64,000 nt of DNA from an uncultured Candidatus Binatia bacterium (GCA_965215605.1 OZ244070.1:1280001-1344000), one strand, 5' to 3'. Counted from the first letter of the stretch, positions 32,591 through 52,449 are shown. Translations and numbers: made by a program. Notes: generated by a model from the letters alone, not told the origin.

Positions 32591-32955
32591 AGCACCTCCG
32601 GCGCCAGCGAAACGATCTTCATGAAACGCTTCGCCCTGAGCTCCCGCGCCACCGGACCGAAGATTCGCGTACCCACCGGTTCCTTCTGGTTGTCGATCAG
32701 GACCGCCGAGTTGTTGTCGAAACGGATGTAGGAGCCGTCCACGCGACTGAGCTCCTTGGCGGTCCGCACCACCACGGCCCTGACCACGTTGCCTTTCGGT
32801 ACCTTGGAATTGGGCATGGCCTCCTTGACCGACACGACGATGACGTCGCCGACGCTGGCGTACTTCCGCCGGGTCCCTCCGAGCACCTTGATGCACTGGA
32901 CCCTTCGGGCACCCGAGTTGTCCGCCACGTCCAGCACCGTCCCCACTTGTATCAT
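32587..32955 (-). CDS. rplN: 50S ribosomal protein L14
   Basis: [19 protein letters not shown] and SLAPEVL. Confidence 0.99.
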   Translation of the reverse strand: MIQVGTVLDVADNSGARRVQCIKVLGGTRRKYASVGDVIVVSVKEAMPNSKVPKGNVVRAVVVRTAKELSRVDGSYIRFDNNSAVLIDNQKEPVGTRIFGPVARELRAKRFMKIVSLAPEVL

Positions 32956-32958
32956 CGC

Positions 32959-33270
32959 CTAAACCCCTGCGCTCTCAGGCGCCGCGGGGGCCTGCGAAAC
33001 GGCAGCCTCGCCCGCGGCGGGACGATTCAAGACCCGGCTCACGCGCCAGCGCTTCTCGCGGCTCAGCGGCCGGCATTCGACGATCACGACCCGGTCTCCC
33101 ACCCGGCACTGGTTGCGTTCGTCGTGGGCCTTCACCCGGGTCCGGCGTTTCAGGTATTTCTTGTAACGCGCATGAAGGACCGTCCGCTCCAACTCGACGA
33201 CGACGGTCTTCTCCATCCGGTCGGTTCTGACGACCCCTTCACGCTGCTTGGTGACACCACGCTCACTCAT
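32959..33270 (-). CDS. rpsQ: 30S ribosomal protein S17
   Basis: KAHDE.N and ECRPLS..KRW; Ala-rich C-terminal tail. Confidence 0.97.
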   Translation of the reverse strand: MSERGVTKQREGVVRTDRMEKTVVVELERTVLHARYKKYLKRRTRVKAHDERNQCRVGDRVVIVECRPLSREKRWRVSRVLNRPAAGEAAVSQAPAAPESAGV

Positions 33271-33478
33271 GATCGCCTTCTTCTTTTGCCGGAGACCGGC
33301 GTTCCGAGAGCACCGTTTCCACCCGGGCCAGATCGCGCCGCGACTGCCGCAGCTTCATGGGGCTCTCCAGTTGGCCCGTGGCGCGCCGCAGCTTCAGGTG
33401 GAAGATCTCCTCCTTGCACTCCGTGCGCTTCCGGCTCAACTCGTCGGCACTCAGGTCTCGCAATTCCTTCGCCTGCAT
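33263..33478 (-). CDS. rpmC: 50S ribosomal protein L29
   Basis: AKELR...ATGQLE...RRDLARVETV; operon position. Confidence 0.95.
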   Translation of the reverse strand: MQAKELRDLSADELSRKRTECKEEIFHLKLRRATGQLESPMKLRQSRRDLARVETVLSERRSPAKEEGDHE

Positions 33479-33490
33479 CAAGGACCCCGT

Positions 33491-33895
33491 TTACCGCTCT
33501 ACGAACGCGGTGGCCAGACCGAGCTTTCGCGAGGCAAGCCGGAACGCTTCCCTGGCGGCGTCCCGCTGGACCCCTTCCATCTCGAACAACAGCTTGCCCG
33601 GCTTGATCACGGCGACCCACGCATGCAGAGGACCCTTGCCCTTGCCCATGCGCACCTCGGCAGGCTTGCGGGTGATGGGCTTGTCGGGAAAGACCCGGAT
33701 CCAGACCTTGCCATGCCGTTTCAGGTAGCGCGTCAAGGCGACGCGGGCGGCCTCGATCTGACGCGCCGTGATGTAACCCCGGTCCACGGACTTCAGCCCG
33801 TAGTCGCCGAAGGAAAGGGTGGAGCCTCGCTGGGCGAATCCGCCCCTCCGACCCTTCTGCACCTTGCGGTACTTGATTCTTCTTGGTTCAAGCAT
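33491..33895 (-). CDS. rplP: 50S ribosomal protein L16
   Basis: ARQIEAAR and EVRMGKGKG. Confidence 0.98.
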   Translation of the reverse strand: MLEPRRIKYRKVQKGRRGGFAQRGSTLSFGDYGLKSVDRGYITARQIEAARVALTRYLKRHGKVWIRVFPDKPITRKPAEVRMGKGKGPLHAWVAVIKPGKLLFEMEGVQRDAAREAFRLASRKLGLATAFVER

Positions 33896-33924
33896 GCTTC
33901 GCTCCGGCTATGGCACACGATGCC

Positions 33925-34587
33925 CTATAGCCCCAGAGAGGCCTTCTGCTGCTCTTCCTGCTTGGTCAGAATCTCGCCCCTGAAAATCCACGCCTTGACG
34001 CCGATAACGCCGTAGGTGGTCTTGGCCTCCGCCAGCCCGTAGCTCACGTCGGCCCGCAGGGTGTGCAGCGGAACGCGCCCTTCCCGGTACCACTCCGTGC
34101 GTGCGATCTCCTGCCCGCCCAACCGGCCGCCGCACTGGATCCGGATGCCCTGGGCTCCCATGCGCAACGCGCGGGAAACGCTTTCCTTCATGGCGCGGCG
34201 GAAGGCCACCCGACGCTCGAGCTGCAGGGCGACGTTCTCCGCCACCAACTGGGCGTCCAGGTCGGGCCGCCTCACCTCGTGGATGTTGATGAAGACCTCC
34301 CGCGGCGACAGTTTCCCCAACTCCTCCTTGAGCTTCTCGATCTCGGCGCCCTTCTTGCCGATGACGATACCCGGCCGGGCCGTGTGGATATTGATCTTGG
34401 CCTTGTTGGTAGCCCGTTCGATCTCGATCTTGGAGATGCCCGCATGATGGAGGCGTCCCTTGAGGAAGCTCTTGATCCTGAGATCCTCGTGCAGCAACTC
34501 CGGGTAGTCGTTGCCCGCGTACCACTTGGAGTCCCAAGTCTCGATGACACGCATGCGGAAAATCTTGGGGTGCGTCTTCTGTCCCAT
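33925..34587 (-). CDS. rpsC: 30S ribosomal protein S3
   Basis: [18 protein letters not shown] and [11 protein letters not shown]. Confidence 0.99.
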   Translation of the reverse strand: MGQKTHPKIFRMRVIETWDSKWYAGNDYPELLHEDLRIKSFLKGRLHHAGISKIEIERATNKAKINIHTARPGIVIGKKGAEIEKLKEELGKLSPREVFINIHEVRRPDLDAQLVAENVALQLERRVAFRRAMKESVSRALRMGAQGIRIQCGGRLGGQEIARTEWYREGRVPLHTLRADVSYGLAEAKTTYGVIGVKAWIFRGEILTKQEEQQKASLGL

Positions 34588-34597
34588 CTTGGTGTCC

Positions 34598-34933
34598 CTA
34601 GGCCCTTTCGTCGACCACTACGGTCAGGTGGCTCAAGCGTTTACGGATCCGGTTGGAGCGGCCCATTCCGCGCGGCATGAACCGTTTCCACATCCCGGCC
34701 TGGCCCACCTCGGCCCATTTGACGTACAACAGGTCCACGTCGACGCTCTGCGTGTTCTCGGCGTTGGCAACCGCCGACCGCAACGTCTTGGCCACGATGC
34801 CGGCGCAGCCCTTCGGCACGAACTTCAGGACCGTCAGCGCTTCCCCCACCGAGCGACCCCTTACCTGGTCCACCACGAGTCTCATCTTGCGGGGCGAGAC
34901 TCGAGCGAACCTCGTGACAGCGCGCGCCTCCAT
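34598..34933 (-). CDS. rplV: 50S ribosomal protein L22
   Basis: SPRKMRLV and SAVANAE. Confidence 0.98.
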   Translation of the reverse strand: MEARAVTRFARVSPRKMRLVVDQVRGRSVGEALTVLKFVPKGCAGIVAKTLRSAVANAENTQSVDVDLLYVKWAEVGQAGMWKRFMPRGMGRSNRIRKRLSHLTVVVDERA

Positions 34934-34936
34934 AAC

Positions 34937-35227
34937 CTATCTCCTCACGCCCCGGGCGTCTCCCCTGCGGTCTCCCGCGTGGCCGTGGAACGTGCGCGTG
35001 GGCGAGAACTCCCCCAGCTTGTGGCCCACCATGTTCTCGGTGACGAACACCGGAAGGAATTTCCGTCCGTTGTGGACCGCGATGGTGTGACCGATCATGT
35101 CCGGGGTGATGGTCGAGCGCCGGGACCACGTCTTGAGGACCCGCCTGACCTGCGACCGATTCATCTCGTCGATCTTGCGCATCAGGTGGTCGTCCACGAA
35201 AGGACCCTTCTTGATCGAACGAGCCAT
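34937..35227 (-). CDS. rpsS: 30S ribosomal protein S19
   Basis: [10 protein letters not shown] and [13 protein letters not shown]. Confidence 0.98.
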   Translation of the reverse strand: MARSIKKGPFVDDHLMRKIDEMNRSQVRRVLKTWSRRSTITPDMIGHTIAVHNGRKFLPVFVTENMVGHKLGEFSPTRTFHGHAGDRRGDARGVRR

Positions 35228-35229
35228 GT

Positions 35230-36057
35230 CTATCTTCCCTTCCTGCGCTTCACGATGTACTTGTCCGAAGGCTTGACGCCCCGTGTCCGGTACCCCTTGG
35301 TGGGTTTGCCCCAGGGCGTCTGCGGATGATTGCCCTTGGACCGACCCTCGCCGCCCCCGTGCGGATGGTCGACGGGATTCTTGGCCATGCCGCGGGTCAC
35401 CGGCCGGCGGCCCATCCATCGGGACCGCCCCGCCTTGCCGTAGGTCACGTTCTCATAGTCGCTGTTGCCCACTTCGCCGATGGTGGCGCGACACTCGGAG
35501 CGGACGTTGCGCAATTCCCCGGACGGGAGCTTGAGAAGCGTGTAATTGCCCTCTTTCGCCATCACCTGGGCGGATCCCCCCGCGCTCCGGACGATCTGAC
35601 CGCCCTTGCCGGCCTTGAGCTCGATGTTGTGCACCAGCGTCCCGGTGGGGATGTACCGCAACGGCAGGGAGTTGCCCGGCTGAATGTCGATGTCCTGATC
35701 GCCGGATATGATCCGGCTGCCGACCACCAGCTTGTCCGGGGCCAGGATGTAGCGCCGCTCGCCGTCGAGATAGCAGATGAGCGCCACCCGGGCGGACCGG
35801 TTCGGATCGTACTCGATGGCCTCGACCCGGCCGGCGACCCCCTTCTTGTCGCGCTTGAAGTCGATGAAGCGATAGCGCCGCTTGTGCCCGCCTCCGCGAT
35901 GGTCCTTGGTGATCCTGCCCGCGTTGTTCCGTCCGCCGTGCCCCTTGAGCGGGCGCAGCAACGGCCGGTGCGGCGAGTCGCTGGTGATCTCGTCGAACCC
36001 GAAGCCCGTGGAAAAACGGCGCCCCGGAGAAGTCGGGCGGCGGTGCTTGATCGACAT
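35230..36057 (-). CDS. rplB: 50S ribosomal protein L2
   Basis: IEYDPNRSA and [12 protein letters not shown]. Confidence 0.99.
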   Translation of the reverse strand: MSIKHRRPTSPGRRFSTGFGFDEITSDSPHRPLLRPLKGHGGRNNAGRITKDHRGGGHKRRYRFIDFKRDKKGVAGRVEAIEYDPNRSARVALICYLDGERRYILAPDKLVVGSRIISGDQDIDIQPGNSLPLRYIPTGTLVHNIELKAGKGGQIVRSAGGSAQVMAKEGNYTLLKLPSGELRNVRSECRATIGEVGNSDYENVTYGKAGRSRWMGRRPVTRGMAKNPVDHPHGGGEGRSKGNHPQTPWGKPTKGYRTRGVKPSDKYIVKRRKGR

Positions 36058-36077
36058 GGCCTACAACCCTTGTCCTT

Positions 36078-36368
36078 CTAACCCACACCGAAGAAGTCGA
36101 TGCGGTCCCCTTCCTTCAGGGTGACGATCGCCTTCTTCCACAGCGGCAACCGTCCGGTGTTCCGGCCCACCCGGCGCACCTTGCCCAGGTAGCGCGCGGT
36201 CCGGACGTCCAGCACCGTGACCTTGAACAGCGTCTCAACCTCTTTGCGGATCTCGATCTTGTTGGCGTCCGGACGCACCTTGAAGGTCACTTGGTTGGAC
36301 GACTCGGCCAGCATCGCGCCCTTCTCGGAGATCAGCGGAGCGAGAACCGTATCCCGAACGCCCCTCAT
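36078..36368 (-). CDS. rplW: 50S ribosomal protein L23
   Basis: PLISEK, ANKIEI and WKKAIVTL. Confidence 0.97.
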   Translation of the reverse strand: MRGVRDTVLAPLISEKGAMLAESSNQVTFKVRPDANKIEIRKEVETLFKVTVLDVRTARYLGKVRRVGRNTGRLPLWKKAIVTLKEGDRIDFFGVG

Positions 36369-36961
36369 TGCGAGAACCTCTCTTCTATCTTCTCCAGCGC
36401 TTCCCGGGTCAGCACCAGGTACTCGAACCGCAGCAGGTCGTACACGTTCAACCCCGCGACCCGCAACACCTTCACGTTGCGCAGATTGCGCGCGGACAAC
36501 TCGATGTTCTCGTCTCTGCCGGCGATGACGAAAAGCGAGTTCCCCACGCCCAGCGCCGCCATCGCTTCGGCCATGAGGCGGGTCTTGATCCCGGTGACAT
36601 CCTCGGGCTCCACCACCACGAGCTTCTCTTCCTGGCGCTTCAGGCTGAGCGCGGACAGCACCGCCTGACGGCGGGCTTTCTTGGGGATCCGGTAGGAATA
36701 GTCCCTCGGCATCGGCCCGAACACGGTGCCGCCGCCGACCCAGATGGGCGAACGGACGCTGCCGGCGCGAGCCCTTCCCGAACCCTTCTGGCGCCACGGC
36801 TTCCTGCCGCTGCCGCGGACCAGGCCGCGGGTCTTGGTGGACGCCGTGCCGGCGCGCCGGTTGTTCAACTGCATGACCACCGCCTGATGCAACAGGTGCG
36901 GCCGCACCGCCACGCCGAAAATGCTGTCCGGGAGATCCGGCTCGATCCTGCGAAATTCCAT
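36365..36961 (-). CDS. rplD: 50S ribosomal protein L4
   Basis: KPWRQKG.GRARAGS and GGG.VFGP.PR. Confidence 0.98.
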   Translation of the reverse strand: MEFRRIEPDLPDSIFGVAVRPHLLHQAVVMQLNNRRAGTASTKTRGLVRGSGRKPWRQKGSGRARAGSVRSPIWVGGGTVFGPMPRDYSYRIPKKARRQAVLSALSLKRQEEKLVVVEPEDVTGIKTRLMAEAMAALGVGNSLFVIAGRDENIELSARNLRNVKVLRVAGLNVYDLLRFEYLVLTREALEKIEERFSQ

Positions 36962-36964
36962 GCC

Positions 36965-37597
36965 CTACCCCTTGACCGCCTTGCGGACGAGGACCAACCC
37001 GCCATTGGAGCCCGGAATGGAGCCCTTGACCAGCAGCAGGTTCTCCCCGGGGCGGACCTCCACCACGCGAAGGTTCTGGATGGACACGCGCCCATTGCCC
37101 AAATGCCCGGCCATCCGCTTTCCCTTGAACACCTTGCCGGGATAGGAACGGTTCCCGATGGAGCCGCCGTGCCGGAAATACTCGTGGGTGCCGTGGGTGC
37201 GGGAGAACCCGCGGAAGTCCCAGCGTTTCATGACGCCGGCGAAGCCCCTGCCCTTGGAGGTGCCGGTGACGTCCACCAGATCCCCGGCCGCGACCAGATC
37301 CGTCACCGTGAGCTCCTGGCCCACCTCGTAGCCCGAGACATCGTCGACCCGGAACTCGCGAAGCACGCGGAAGGAACCCTTCTCCGCCTTGGCCATGTGG
37401 CCCCGCAGAGGACGGTTCACGCGCTGGTTCTTCTGGGTGCCGAAACCCAACTGCAGCGCGTTGTACCCGTCCCTCGCCTCGTCCTTCTTCTGCACCACCA
37501 CGCACGGGCCCGCCTCGACCACCGTCACGGGAACCACGTTCCCGGTGTCGTCGAAGAGCTGGCTCATGCCGATTTTCTTTCCGATGAGACCCGTCAT
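36965..37597 (-). CDS. rplC: 50S ribosomal protein L3
   Basis: GKKIGMSQ and SKGRGFAGVMKR. Confidence 0.98.
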   Translation of the reverse strand: MTGLIGKKIGMSQLFDDTGNVVPVTVVEAGPCVVVQKKDEARDGYNALQLGFGTQKNQRVNRPLRGHMAKAEKGSFRVLREFRVDDVSGYEVGQELTVTDLVAAGDLVDVTGTSKGRGFAGVMKRWDFRGFSRTHGTHEYFRHGGSIGNRSYPGKVFKGKRMAGHLGNGRVSIQNLRVVEVRPGENLLLVKGSIPGSNGGLVLVRKAVKG

Positions 37598-37606
37598 CTC
37601 TCCAGC

Positions 37607-37915
37607 CTATTGAAGCTTGATTTCCACGTCCACGCCGGCCGCCAGATCCAGCTTGCCCAGCGCGTCGATGGTCTGCTGAGTCGGTTCGAGGATGTCCAGC
37701 AGCCGCTTGTGGGTGCGGACCTCGAACTGCTCCCGCGACTTCTTGTCCACGTGCGGCGACCGGTTCACGGTAAAACGCTCGATGCGTGTCGGGAGAGGGA
37801 TGGGGCCGGCGACCCGGCCGCCCGTTCTCTTCACGGTCTCGACGATCTCGCCCACCGACTGGTCCAGGACCCGGTAGTCGTAGGCCTTGAGCCGAATGCG
37901 GATTTTCTCGTTCAC
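37607..37915 (-). CDS. rpsJ: 30S ribosomal protein S10
   Basis: [16 protein letters not shown] and SREQFE. Confidence 0.99.
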   Translation of the reverse strand: MNEKIRIRLKAYDYRVLDQSVGEIVETVKRTGGRVAGPIPLPTRIERFTVNRSPHVDKKSREQFEVRTHKRLLDILEPTQQTIDALGKLDLAAGVDVEIKLQ

Positions 37916-37946
37916 ACCCTCACCCCTATCGAATCACGCCGAGTGA

Positions 37947-40028
37947 CTAGACACGCGCCTCCCGGCCCATCATGTCTTCCTTCACCGTTTCCGGCACTTC
38001 CTCGTAGCGCGAGAACTGCATCGTGTACGTCGCCCGGCCCTGGGTCCTGGACCTCAGGTCCGTCGCGTAGCCGAACATCCGCGACAGGGGAACACGGGAA
38101 TCCACCACCTGTGCGTTTCCCTTGGAGTTCATGCCCAGGACCTTGCCGCGCCGGGAGCTGATGTCCCCGATCACGTCGCCCATGAACTCCTCCGGCACCA
38201 CCACCTCTACGTCCATCACCGGCTCAAGCAACACCGGCGAGGCTTTTCCCAGGGCCTCCTTGAAGGCCATGGAACCGGCGATGGTGAACGCCATCTCCGA
38301 GGAGTCCACGTCGTGGTAACTGCCGTCCAGGAGAGTGACCTTTACGTCCACCACCGGATATCCCGCCAAGCGGCCGTTGGTCATGGCCTGCTCGACGCCG
38401 TTCCTGACCGCGGGCACGTACTCCTGCGGGATCACGCCGCCCTTGATGCCGCTGACGAACTCGAACCCGCTTCCGGTGGGCTGGGGCTCCACGCGCAGGT
38501 AGACGTGGCCGAACTGCCCGCGGCCGCCCGACTGCCTGACGAACCGGCCTTCCTGCTCCACCGTCCGGCGTATGGTCTCCTTGTACGCCACCTGCGGCTT
38601 GCCGACGTTGGCGCCCACCTTGAATTCGCGCAACAGCCGATCGACGATGACCTCGAGATGGAGCTCTCCCATGCCCGCAATCAACGTCTGGCCGGTTTCC
38701 TGATCGACAGTGACCCGGAAGGACGGATCCTCCTTGGCCAGCTTCTGCAGAGAGGTCCCGAGCCTTTCCTGGTCGTCGCGGGACTTGGGCTCGATGGCGA
38801 TGGCGATGACCGGCTCGGGAAAATCGATGGCCTCGAGCAGGATGGGGCGGTCTTCGTCACAGAGCGTGTCACCGGTCTTGGCGCTGCGCAGGCCCACGGC
38901 CGCGGCGATGTCCCCGGCGCAGACCTCGTCGATCTCCTCCCGCTTGTTGGCGTGCATCTTGAGGATGCGGCCGACACGCTCCCGCTGGCCGGTGGAGGCA
39001 TTGTACACGAACGCGCCGGACTTCCTCGTTCCGGAATACACCCGGAAGAACGTCAGCGATCCCACGAAGGGGTCGGCCATGATCTTGAAGGCCAACGCCG
39101 AGAACGGCTCATCGTCCGAGGTCGGGCGGACCTCCTCCTTGTTGGCGTCCGGCACCGTGCCGTGGATCGGCGGCACATCCAACGGTGAAGGAAGGTAATC
39201 GACCACCGCGTCCAGCAACGGCTGCACGCCCTTGTTGCGAAACGCCGCGCCGCAAAGCACGGGGACGAGCTGGAGCTTCAGGCCGGCGGCCCGAATGGCC
39301 TGGATCAGCCGGTCCTCGGGGATGGCGTCACCCTGGAGATACGCGGTCATGATGGCGTCGTCGCAATCCGCCAGCGTCTCCAGCATGGTCTCGCGGTATT
39401 CGTCCGCCTGGGCCTGCAGGTCGGCGGGTATCGGCGCCTCCCGGAAACTGGCGCCAAGATCCTCGTTGTCCCACAGGACCGCTTTCATCCGCACCAGGTC
39501 CACGACTCCCTGGAAGCCGTCCTCGGCCCCCACCGGAAGCTGGATCACCAGAGGCCGGGCCCCCAGACGCTCCTCGATCATCCCGACCACGCGGAGGAAG
39601 TCGGCGCCGACGCGGTCCATCTTGTTGATGTAGGCGATCCTCGGCACGCCGTACTTGTCCGCCTGCCGCCATACCGTCTCGGTCTGGGGCTCCACGCCGC
39701 CGACCGAGCAGAACACCCCGATGGCGCCGTCCAGCACTCGCAGGGACCGCTCCACCTCGATGGTGAAGTCCACGTGGCCCGGCGTGTCGATGATGTTGAT
39801 CCGGTGGTCGCGCCAATGGCACGTGGTCGCCGCCGAGGTGATGGTGATCCCCCGCTCCTGCTCCTGGACCATCCAGTCCATGGTCGCGGTGCCGTCGTGC
39901 ACCTCGCCCAGCTTGTAGTTGATGCCGGTGTAGAACAACACGCGCTCGGTCGTGGTGGTCTTGCCGGCATCGATGTGGGCCATGATGCCGATGTTGCGGG
40001 TCCGGTCTAGTGGAATCTGTCTGCTCAT
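37947..40028 (-). CDS. fusA: elongation factor G
   Basis: [27 protein letters not shown] and GMGELHL. Confidence 0.99.
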   Translation of the reverse strand: MSRQIPLDRTRNIGIMAHIDAGKTTTTERVLFYTGINYKLGEVHDGTATMDWMVQEQERGITITSAATTCHWRDHRINIIDTPGHVDFTIEVERSLRVLDGAIGVFCSVGGVEPQTETVWRQADKYGVPRIAYINKMDRVGADFLRVVGMIEERLGARPLVIQLPVGAEDGFQGVVDLVRMKAVLWDNEDLGASFREAPIPADLQAQADEYRETMLETLADCDDAIMTAYLQGDAIPEDRLIQAIRAAGLKLQLVPVLCGAAFRNKGVQPLLDAVVDYLPSPLDVPPIHGTVPDANKEEVRPTSDDEPFSALAFKIMADPFVGSLTFFRVYSGTRKSGAFVYNASTGQRERVGRILKMHANKREEIDEVCAGDIAAAVGLRSAKTGDTLCDEDRPILLEAIDFPEPVIAIAIEPKSRDDQERLGTSLQKLAKEDPSFRVTVDQETGQTLIAGMGELHLEVIVDRLLREFKVGANVGKPQVAYKETIRRTVEQEGRFVRQSGGRGQFGHVYLRVEPQPTGSGFEFVSGIKGGVIPQEYVPAVRNGVEQAMTNGRLAGYPVVDVKVTLLDGSYHDVDSSEMAFTIAGSMAFKEALGKASPVLLEPVMDVEVVVPEEFMGDVIGDISSRRGKVLGMNSKGNAQVVDSRVPLSRMFGYATDLRSRTQGRATYTMQFSRYEEVPETVKEDMMGREARV

Positions 40029-40054
40029 TCTCGTAATCGCGTGCGTACGACGGC

Positions 40055-40084
40055 AAAAAAAGGAGGCGGTTCTACCGCCTCCTT
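40055..40084 (-). terminator. intrinsic terminator/attenuator between rpsG and fusA
   Basis: AAGGAGGCGGT-AGA-ACCGCCTCC followed by 7 T on the minus strand. Confidence 0.8.
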
Positions 40085-40108
40085 GATCGGACAATGATCG
40101 ATTGGCAA

Positions 40109-40955
<847 letters not shown>

Positions 40956-40983
40956 ATTGTTCTACTCTCGCAACAAACCGCCG

Positions 40984-41012
40984 ATTTTATCGGAACTTTG
41001 GCCACCTGTCAA
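40984..41012 (-). promoter_or_regulatory. sigma70 promoter of the str operon
   Basis: TTGACA (41012-41007), 17 bp spacer, TAAAAT (40989-40984). Confidence 0.8.
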
Positions 41013-41015
41013 CTA

Positions 41016-45143
<4,128 letters not shown>

Positions 45144-45151
45144 GATGCCTC

Positions 45152-49246
<4,095 letters not shown>

Positions 49247-49277
49247 GTGCTCCCCCTTCACTTGCCTCTGAGAATAA

Positions 49278-49366
49278 TCCTTCGTCTCCGCTGCCCACTA
49301 CGCTCGGGACAGGCCTTCCCTCTCCCGTTCGTCCTGAGCGTAGCGGAGCGGAGCGAAGTCGAAGGA
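49278..49366. repeat. long imperfect inverted repeat (second palindromic element type) between rplL and rpoB
   Basis: Left arm TCCTTCGTCTCCGCTGCCCACTACGCTCGGGAC pairs with right arm GTCCTGAGCGTAGCGGAGCGGAGCGAAGTCGAAGGA. Confidence 0.7.
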
Positions 49367-49377
49367 CGTCCGCTACG

Positions 49378-49749
49378 CTACTTGACTTCGACGCTCCCTC
49401 CGACCTCCTCGATCTTCGTCTTGACCTCCTCGGCCTCGTCCTTCGAGACCCCCTCCTTGACGTTCTTCGGGGCTCCGTCCACGAGATCCTTGGCCTCCTT
49501 CAGACCCAGGCCGGTGATCTCCCGCACCACCTTGATGACCTGGATCTTCTTCTCGCCGGCGCCGGTCAGCACGGCGTCGAACTCGGTCTTCTCCTCGGCA
49601 GCCTCGGCCGCCGCGGGCGCCGCCGCCACGGCCACGGGCGCCGCCGCGCTGACCCCGAGCTCATCCTCCAACTCCTTGACCAGACTGGCCGCCTCCAGAA
49701 GAGACATGTTCTTGATGAAGTCCTTGACTTGCTCCCGACTCACTTCCAT
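49378..49749 (-). CDS. rplL: 50S ribosomal protein L7/L12
   Basis: [16 protein letters not shown] and [11 protein letters not shown]. Confidence 0.99.
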   Translation of the reverse strand: MEVSREQVKDFIKNMSLLEAASLVKELEDELGVSAAAPVAVAAAPAAAEAAEEKTEFDAVLTGAGEKKIQVIKVVREITGLGLKEAKDLVDGAPKNVKEGVSKDEAEEVKTKIEEVGGSVEVK

Positions 49750-49831
49750 TGGAACTCCCCCTTTGACTTGCTTGATCTTTCGATTTTCCGAACCTTGCCG
49801 CCGTCGTGCCTGCCCGCCGAGGGCGGGACAC

Positions 49832-49855
49832 GGCCGGGTTTGGAACCTTCCCTAC
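49832..49855 (-). repeat. degenerate GTAG-capped REP-like palindrome, copy 7
   Basis: GTAG GGAAGG TTCCAAA CCCGGCC followed by GTGTCCCGC, the same tail as copy 5; its TAG is the rplJ stop. Confidence 0.7.
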
Positions 49856-50367
49856 ACCTTGCGGTCCTTGAGCGCGTCGAGCAGACGTACCAGTTGGCTT
49901 CCCGGCTCCTGGATCGTGCGCAACAAACGCCCGGCCGGCGCCTGCATCAACGAAAGCACCTGCGCCTGCAACTCGGGCAGGCTCGGCAGAGTGGCCAAGC
50001 CCTTGACCTGAGCGGGCTGGAGCAACGCTCCGTCGAGAACCGCCCCCTTGATGGTCAACCGGTCATTCTGATCCGCGAACTTGACCAGCGCCTTGGTGAG
50101 GCTCACGGGGTCGTCGTATGCGAACACCCAACCGTTGGGCCCGGTGAGGAACTCCTCGAGGGCCTGATACGCCGTGTCCCTGATGGCCAGCCGGACCAAG
50201 TTGTTCTTGGCGATCTTGTATTCGCCCGCCGCCTCGCGAACGTCGCAACGAAGCTGCGTCATCTTGCTGACGGACAGCCCCCGATAGTCGGTCACCACCG
50301 CCATCGAGGCGGTCCGGAACTTGTCCTGGAACGCGTCGACGACTGCCGTTTTTTCCTGACGATCCAC
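49852..50367 (-). CDS. rplJ: 50S ribosomal protein L10
   Basis: DYRGLSV..M..LR, KNNL and LATLPS; GTG start. Confidence 0.97.
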   Translation of the reverse strand: MDRQEKTAVVDAFQDKFRTASMAVVTDYRGLSVSKMTQLRCDVREAAGEYKIAKNNLVRLAIRDTAYQALEEFLTGPNGWVFAYDDPVSLTKALVKFADQNDRLTIKGAVLDGALLQPAQVKGLATLPSLPELQAQVLSLMQAPAGRLLRTIQEPGSQLVRLLDALKDRKV

Positions 50368-50395
50368 GCTGCTCTCCCATCCAATCCGCAGCGGC

Positions 50396-51100
50396 TCACA
50401 CCGCCATGATGCGCACTTCCGCCGGATCGATCCTGACGCCCGGTCCCATGGTCGCGGCCACGGCCACGCTCTTGATGTAAGTTCCCTTGGCCGCCGCGGG
50501 CTTGGCCCGCAGCAAGGCGCCCACCACCGCCTTGGCATTGTCCAGCAGCGCGTTGGCTTCGAACGACACCTTGCCGATGGGCAGGTGGACGATGCCCGCC
50601 TTGTCGACCCGGTACTCGAGCCGGCCTGCCTTGATCTCGGTGACCGCCTTGCCGATTTCCGCCGCCACGGTCCCGGACCGCGGGTTCGGCATCAACCCCC
50701 GGGGCCCGAGGATCTTGCCGATGCGCCCGACCGCGCCCATCATGTCGGGGGTGGCCACCACCTTGTCGAAGTCCAGCCAGCCCTCGGTGATCTTCTTGAT
50801 CAACTCGTCATTGCCGACGAACTCGGCACCGGCCTCCTGGGCTTCCTTTTCCTTCTCGCCCTTGGCGAACGCCAGCACCCTGACCGGCTTGCCGAGACCG
50901 TGCGGCAGTCCCACCGCACCGCGAATGTTCTGATCCGCCCGGCGCGGGTCGACCCCGAGCCTGACAGACAACTCGACGGTCTCATCGAACCTGGCGGTGG
51001 CGGTTTCCTTGACGATCCGTATCCCCTCGTCGAGGGGGTACCTCCGGGTCGTGTCCACCTTTTCCGCGACGCCCTGGTACTTCTTGCCCTTCGCTTTCAT
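50396..51100 (-). CDS. rplA: 50S ribosomal protein L1
   Basis: [16 protein letters not shown] and TMGPG. Confidence 0.98.
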   Translation of the reverse strand: MKAKGKKYQGVAEKVDTTRRYPLDEGIRIVKETATARFDETVELSVRLGVDPRRADQNIRGAVGLPHGLGKPVRVLAFAKGEKEKEAQEAGAEFVGNDELIKKITEGWLDFDKVVATPDMMGAVGRIGKILGPRGLMPNPRSGTVAAEIGKAVTEIKAGRLEYRVDKAGIVHLPIGKVSFEANALLDNAKAVVGALLRAKPAAAKGTYIKSVAVAATMGPGVRIDPAEVRIMAV

Positions 51101-51117
51101 GGCAGCCCCCGGCCCGA

Positions 51118-51540
51118 TCAGACAACCTTCAGGCCGAGGCTCCTGGCGGTGCCTTCGACCGTCTTGACCGCGGCCTCGATGCTGGCGCTGGTCAAATCGG
51201 ACATCTTGATCTGGGCGATCTCCTGAACCTGCGCCCTCGTCACCTGGCCCTTGGTTTCCTTGCCCGGCTCCGGGGCTCCCTTGTCGATCCCCGCCGCCTT
51301 CTTCAACAACACGGCGGCCGGAGGGGTCTTGGTGATGAAGCTGAAGGTGCGGTCGGCGTAGACGGTGATGACGACCGGAATGATCATGCCCGGCTCCGTC
51401 TGGGTGGCCGCGTTGAAGGCCTTGCAGAACTCCATGATGTTCACGCCCCGCTGACCCAGCGCGGGCCCCACCGGCGGGCTGGGATTCGCCTGCCCGGCCG
51501 GTATTTGCAACTTGATCTCGCCGATCACCTTCTTGGCCAT
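51118..51540 (-). CDS. rplK: 50S ribosomal protein L11
   Basis: [13 protein letters not shown] and [10 protein letters not shown]. Confidence 0.99.
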   Translation of the reverse strand: MAKKVIGEIKLQIPAGQANPSPPVGPALGQRGVNIMEFCKAFNAATQTEPGMIIPVVITVYADRTFSFITKTPPAAVLLKKAAGIDKGAPEPGKETKGQVTRAQVQEIAQIKMSDLTSASIEAAVKTVEGTARSLGLKVV

Positions 51541-51594
51541 GTTTTGCGTCCTGTCCTGTCAAGTCACACGATAATCCGCCGGTCTCTTTCGCCG

Positions 51595-52206
51595 TCAGCT
51601 CCGCTCCACCTGTATGAAGTCCAGCTCCACCGGGGTCGCCCGGCCAAAGATGCTTATAAGCACTCGGAGCTTGCCCTTGTCGGGCTTCACTTCCTCGACG
51701 ACTCCGTTGAACTCCGAGAAGGGTCCGTCGATGACCTTCACGCTTTCACCCACCGAGAACACCACCCGGGGCCGGGGCCGCACCGCCCCCTCCTCCATCT
51801 GGTGGGTTATCTCGCTCACTTCCTCTTCACTGACCCACGGCGGTTGCGTGGTGCCGCCCACGAACCCGGTGACCTTCGGCGTGGACTTGACGATGTGCCA
51901 GGTCTCGTCGTCCATCGCCATGTGAACCAGGATGTAGCCGGGGAAGAATTTCCGCGACGACGTCCGCTTCTTGCCCTTCACCAACTCGACGACCTTCTCC
52001 GCCGGCACGAGAATCTCGCCGAACCGGTCAAGCTTCTCCTCCAACGCCTTGATCTTGTCCTGCTTCTCCGGATCGTCCCCGGCCATCAACTCCTTGACAT
52101 GATTCTCCACCTTGCCCTTGGACGCCTTGATCCCCTCCTCCAGAGCGGCCTTGGCCTTGTGTTCGAACCCGGCGAAGGTGTGGACGACATACCAGTGCTT
52201 TTCCAT
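51595..52206 (-). CDS. nusG: transcription factor NusG with N-domain insertion
   Basis: [18 protein letters not shown] and KOW domain (GPF..F.G; [10 protein letters not shown]). Confidence 0.97.
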   Translation of the reverse strand: MEKHWYVVHTFAGFEHKAKAALEEGIKASKGKVENHVKELMAGDDPEKQDKIKALEEKLDRFGEILVPAEKVVELVKGKKRTSSRKFFPGYILVHMAMDDETWHIVKSTPKVTGFVGGTTQPPWVSEEEVSEITHQMEEGAVRPRPRVVFSVGESVKVIDGPFSEFNGVVEEVKPDKGKLRVLISIFGRATPVELDFIQVERS

Positions 52207-52222
52207 GGGATACCCGGTTGCC

Positions 52223-52435
52223 TCAGCGCAACAGCCACTGCCTCGCGTACGAAAGCAGGAAATCGACCAGGCCGAGATAAATGGCGAAAAAAATCACCAC
52301 CAGCACCACGACCCCGGTTGCCGCGTAGGTCTCCCTCCTGGTGGGCCAGTGCACCCGCTTGAGCTCCTGCCAGGCTTCGCGAACGAAGTCGGTCAGCCGC
52401 CCCACGGAGGCGAACGAATCAGTGAGTTTTTCCAT
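52223..52435 (-). CDS. secE: preprotein translocase SecE
   Basis: ELKRVHWPTRRET followed by a TM helix; upstream of nusG. Confidence 0.95.
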   Translation of the reverse strand: MEKLTDSFASVGRLTDFVREAWQELKRVHWPTRRETYAATGVVVLVVIFFAIYLGLVDFLLSYARQWLLR

Positions 52436-52449
52436 CGCCGGCAATAAGC

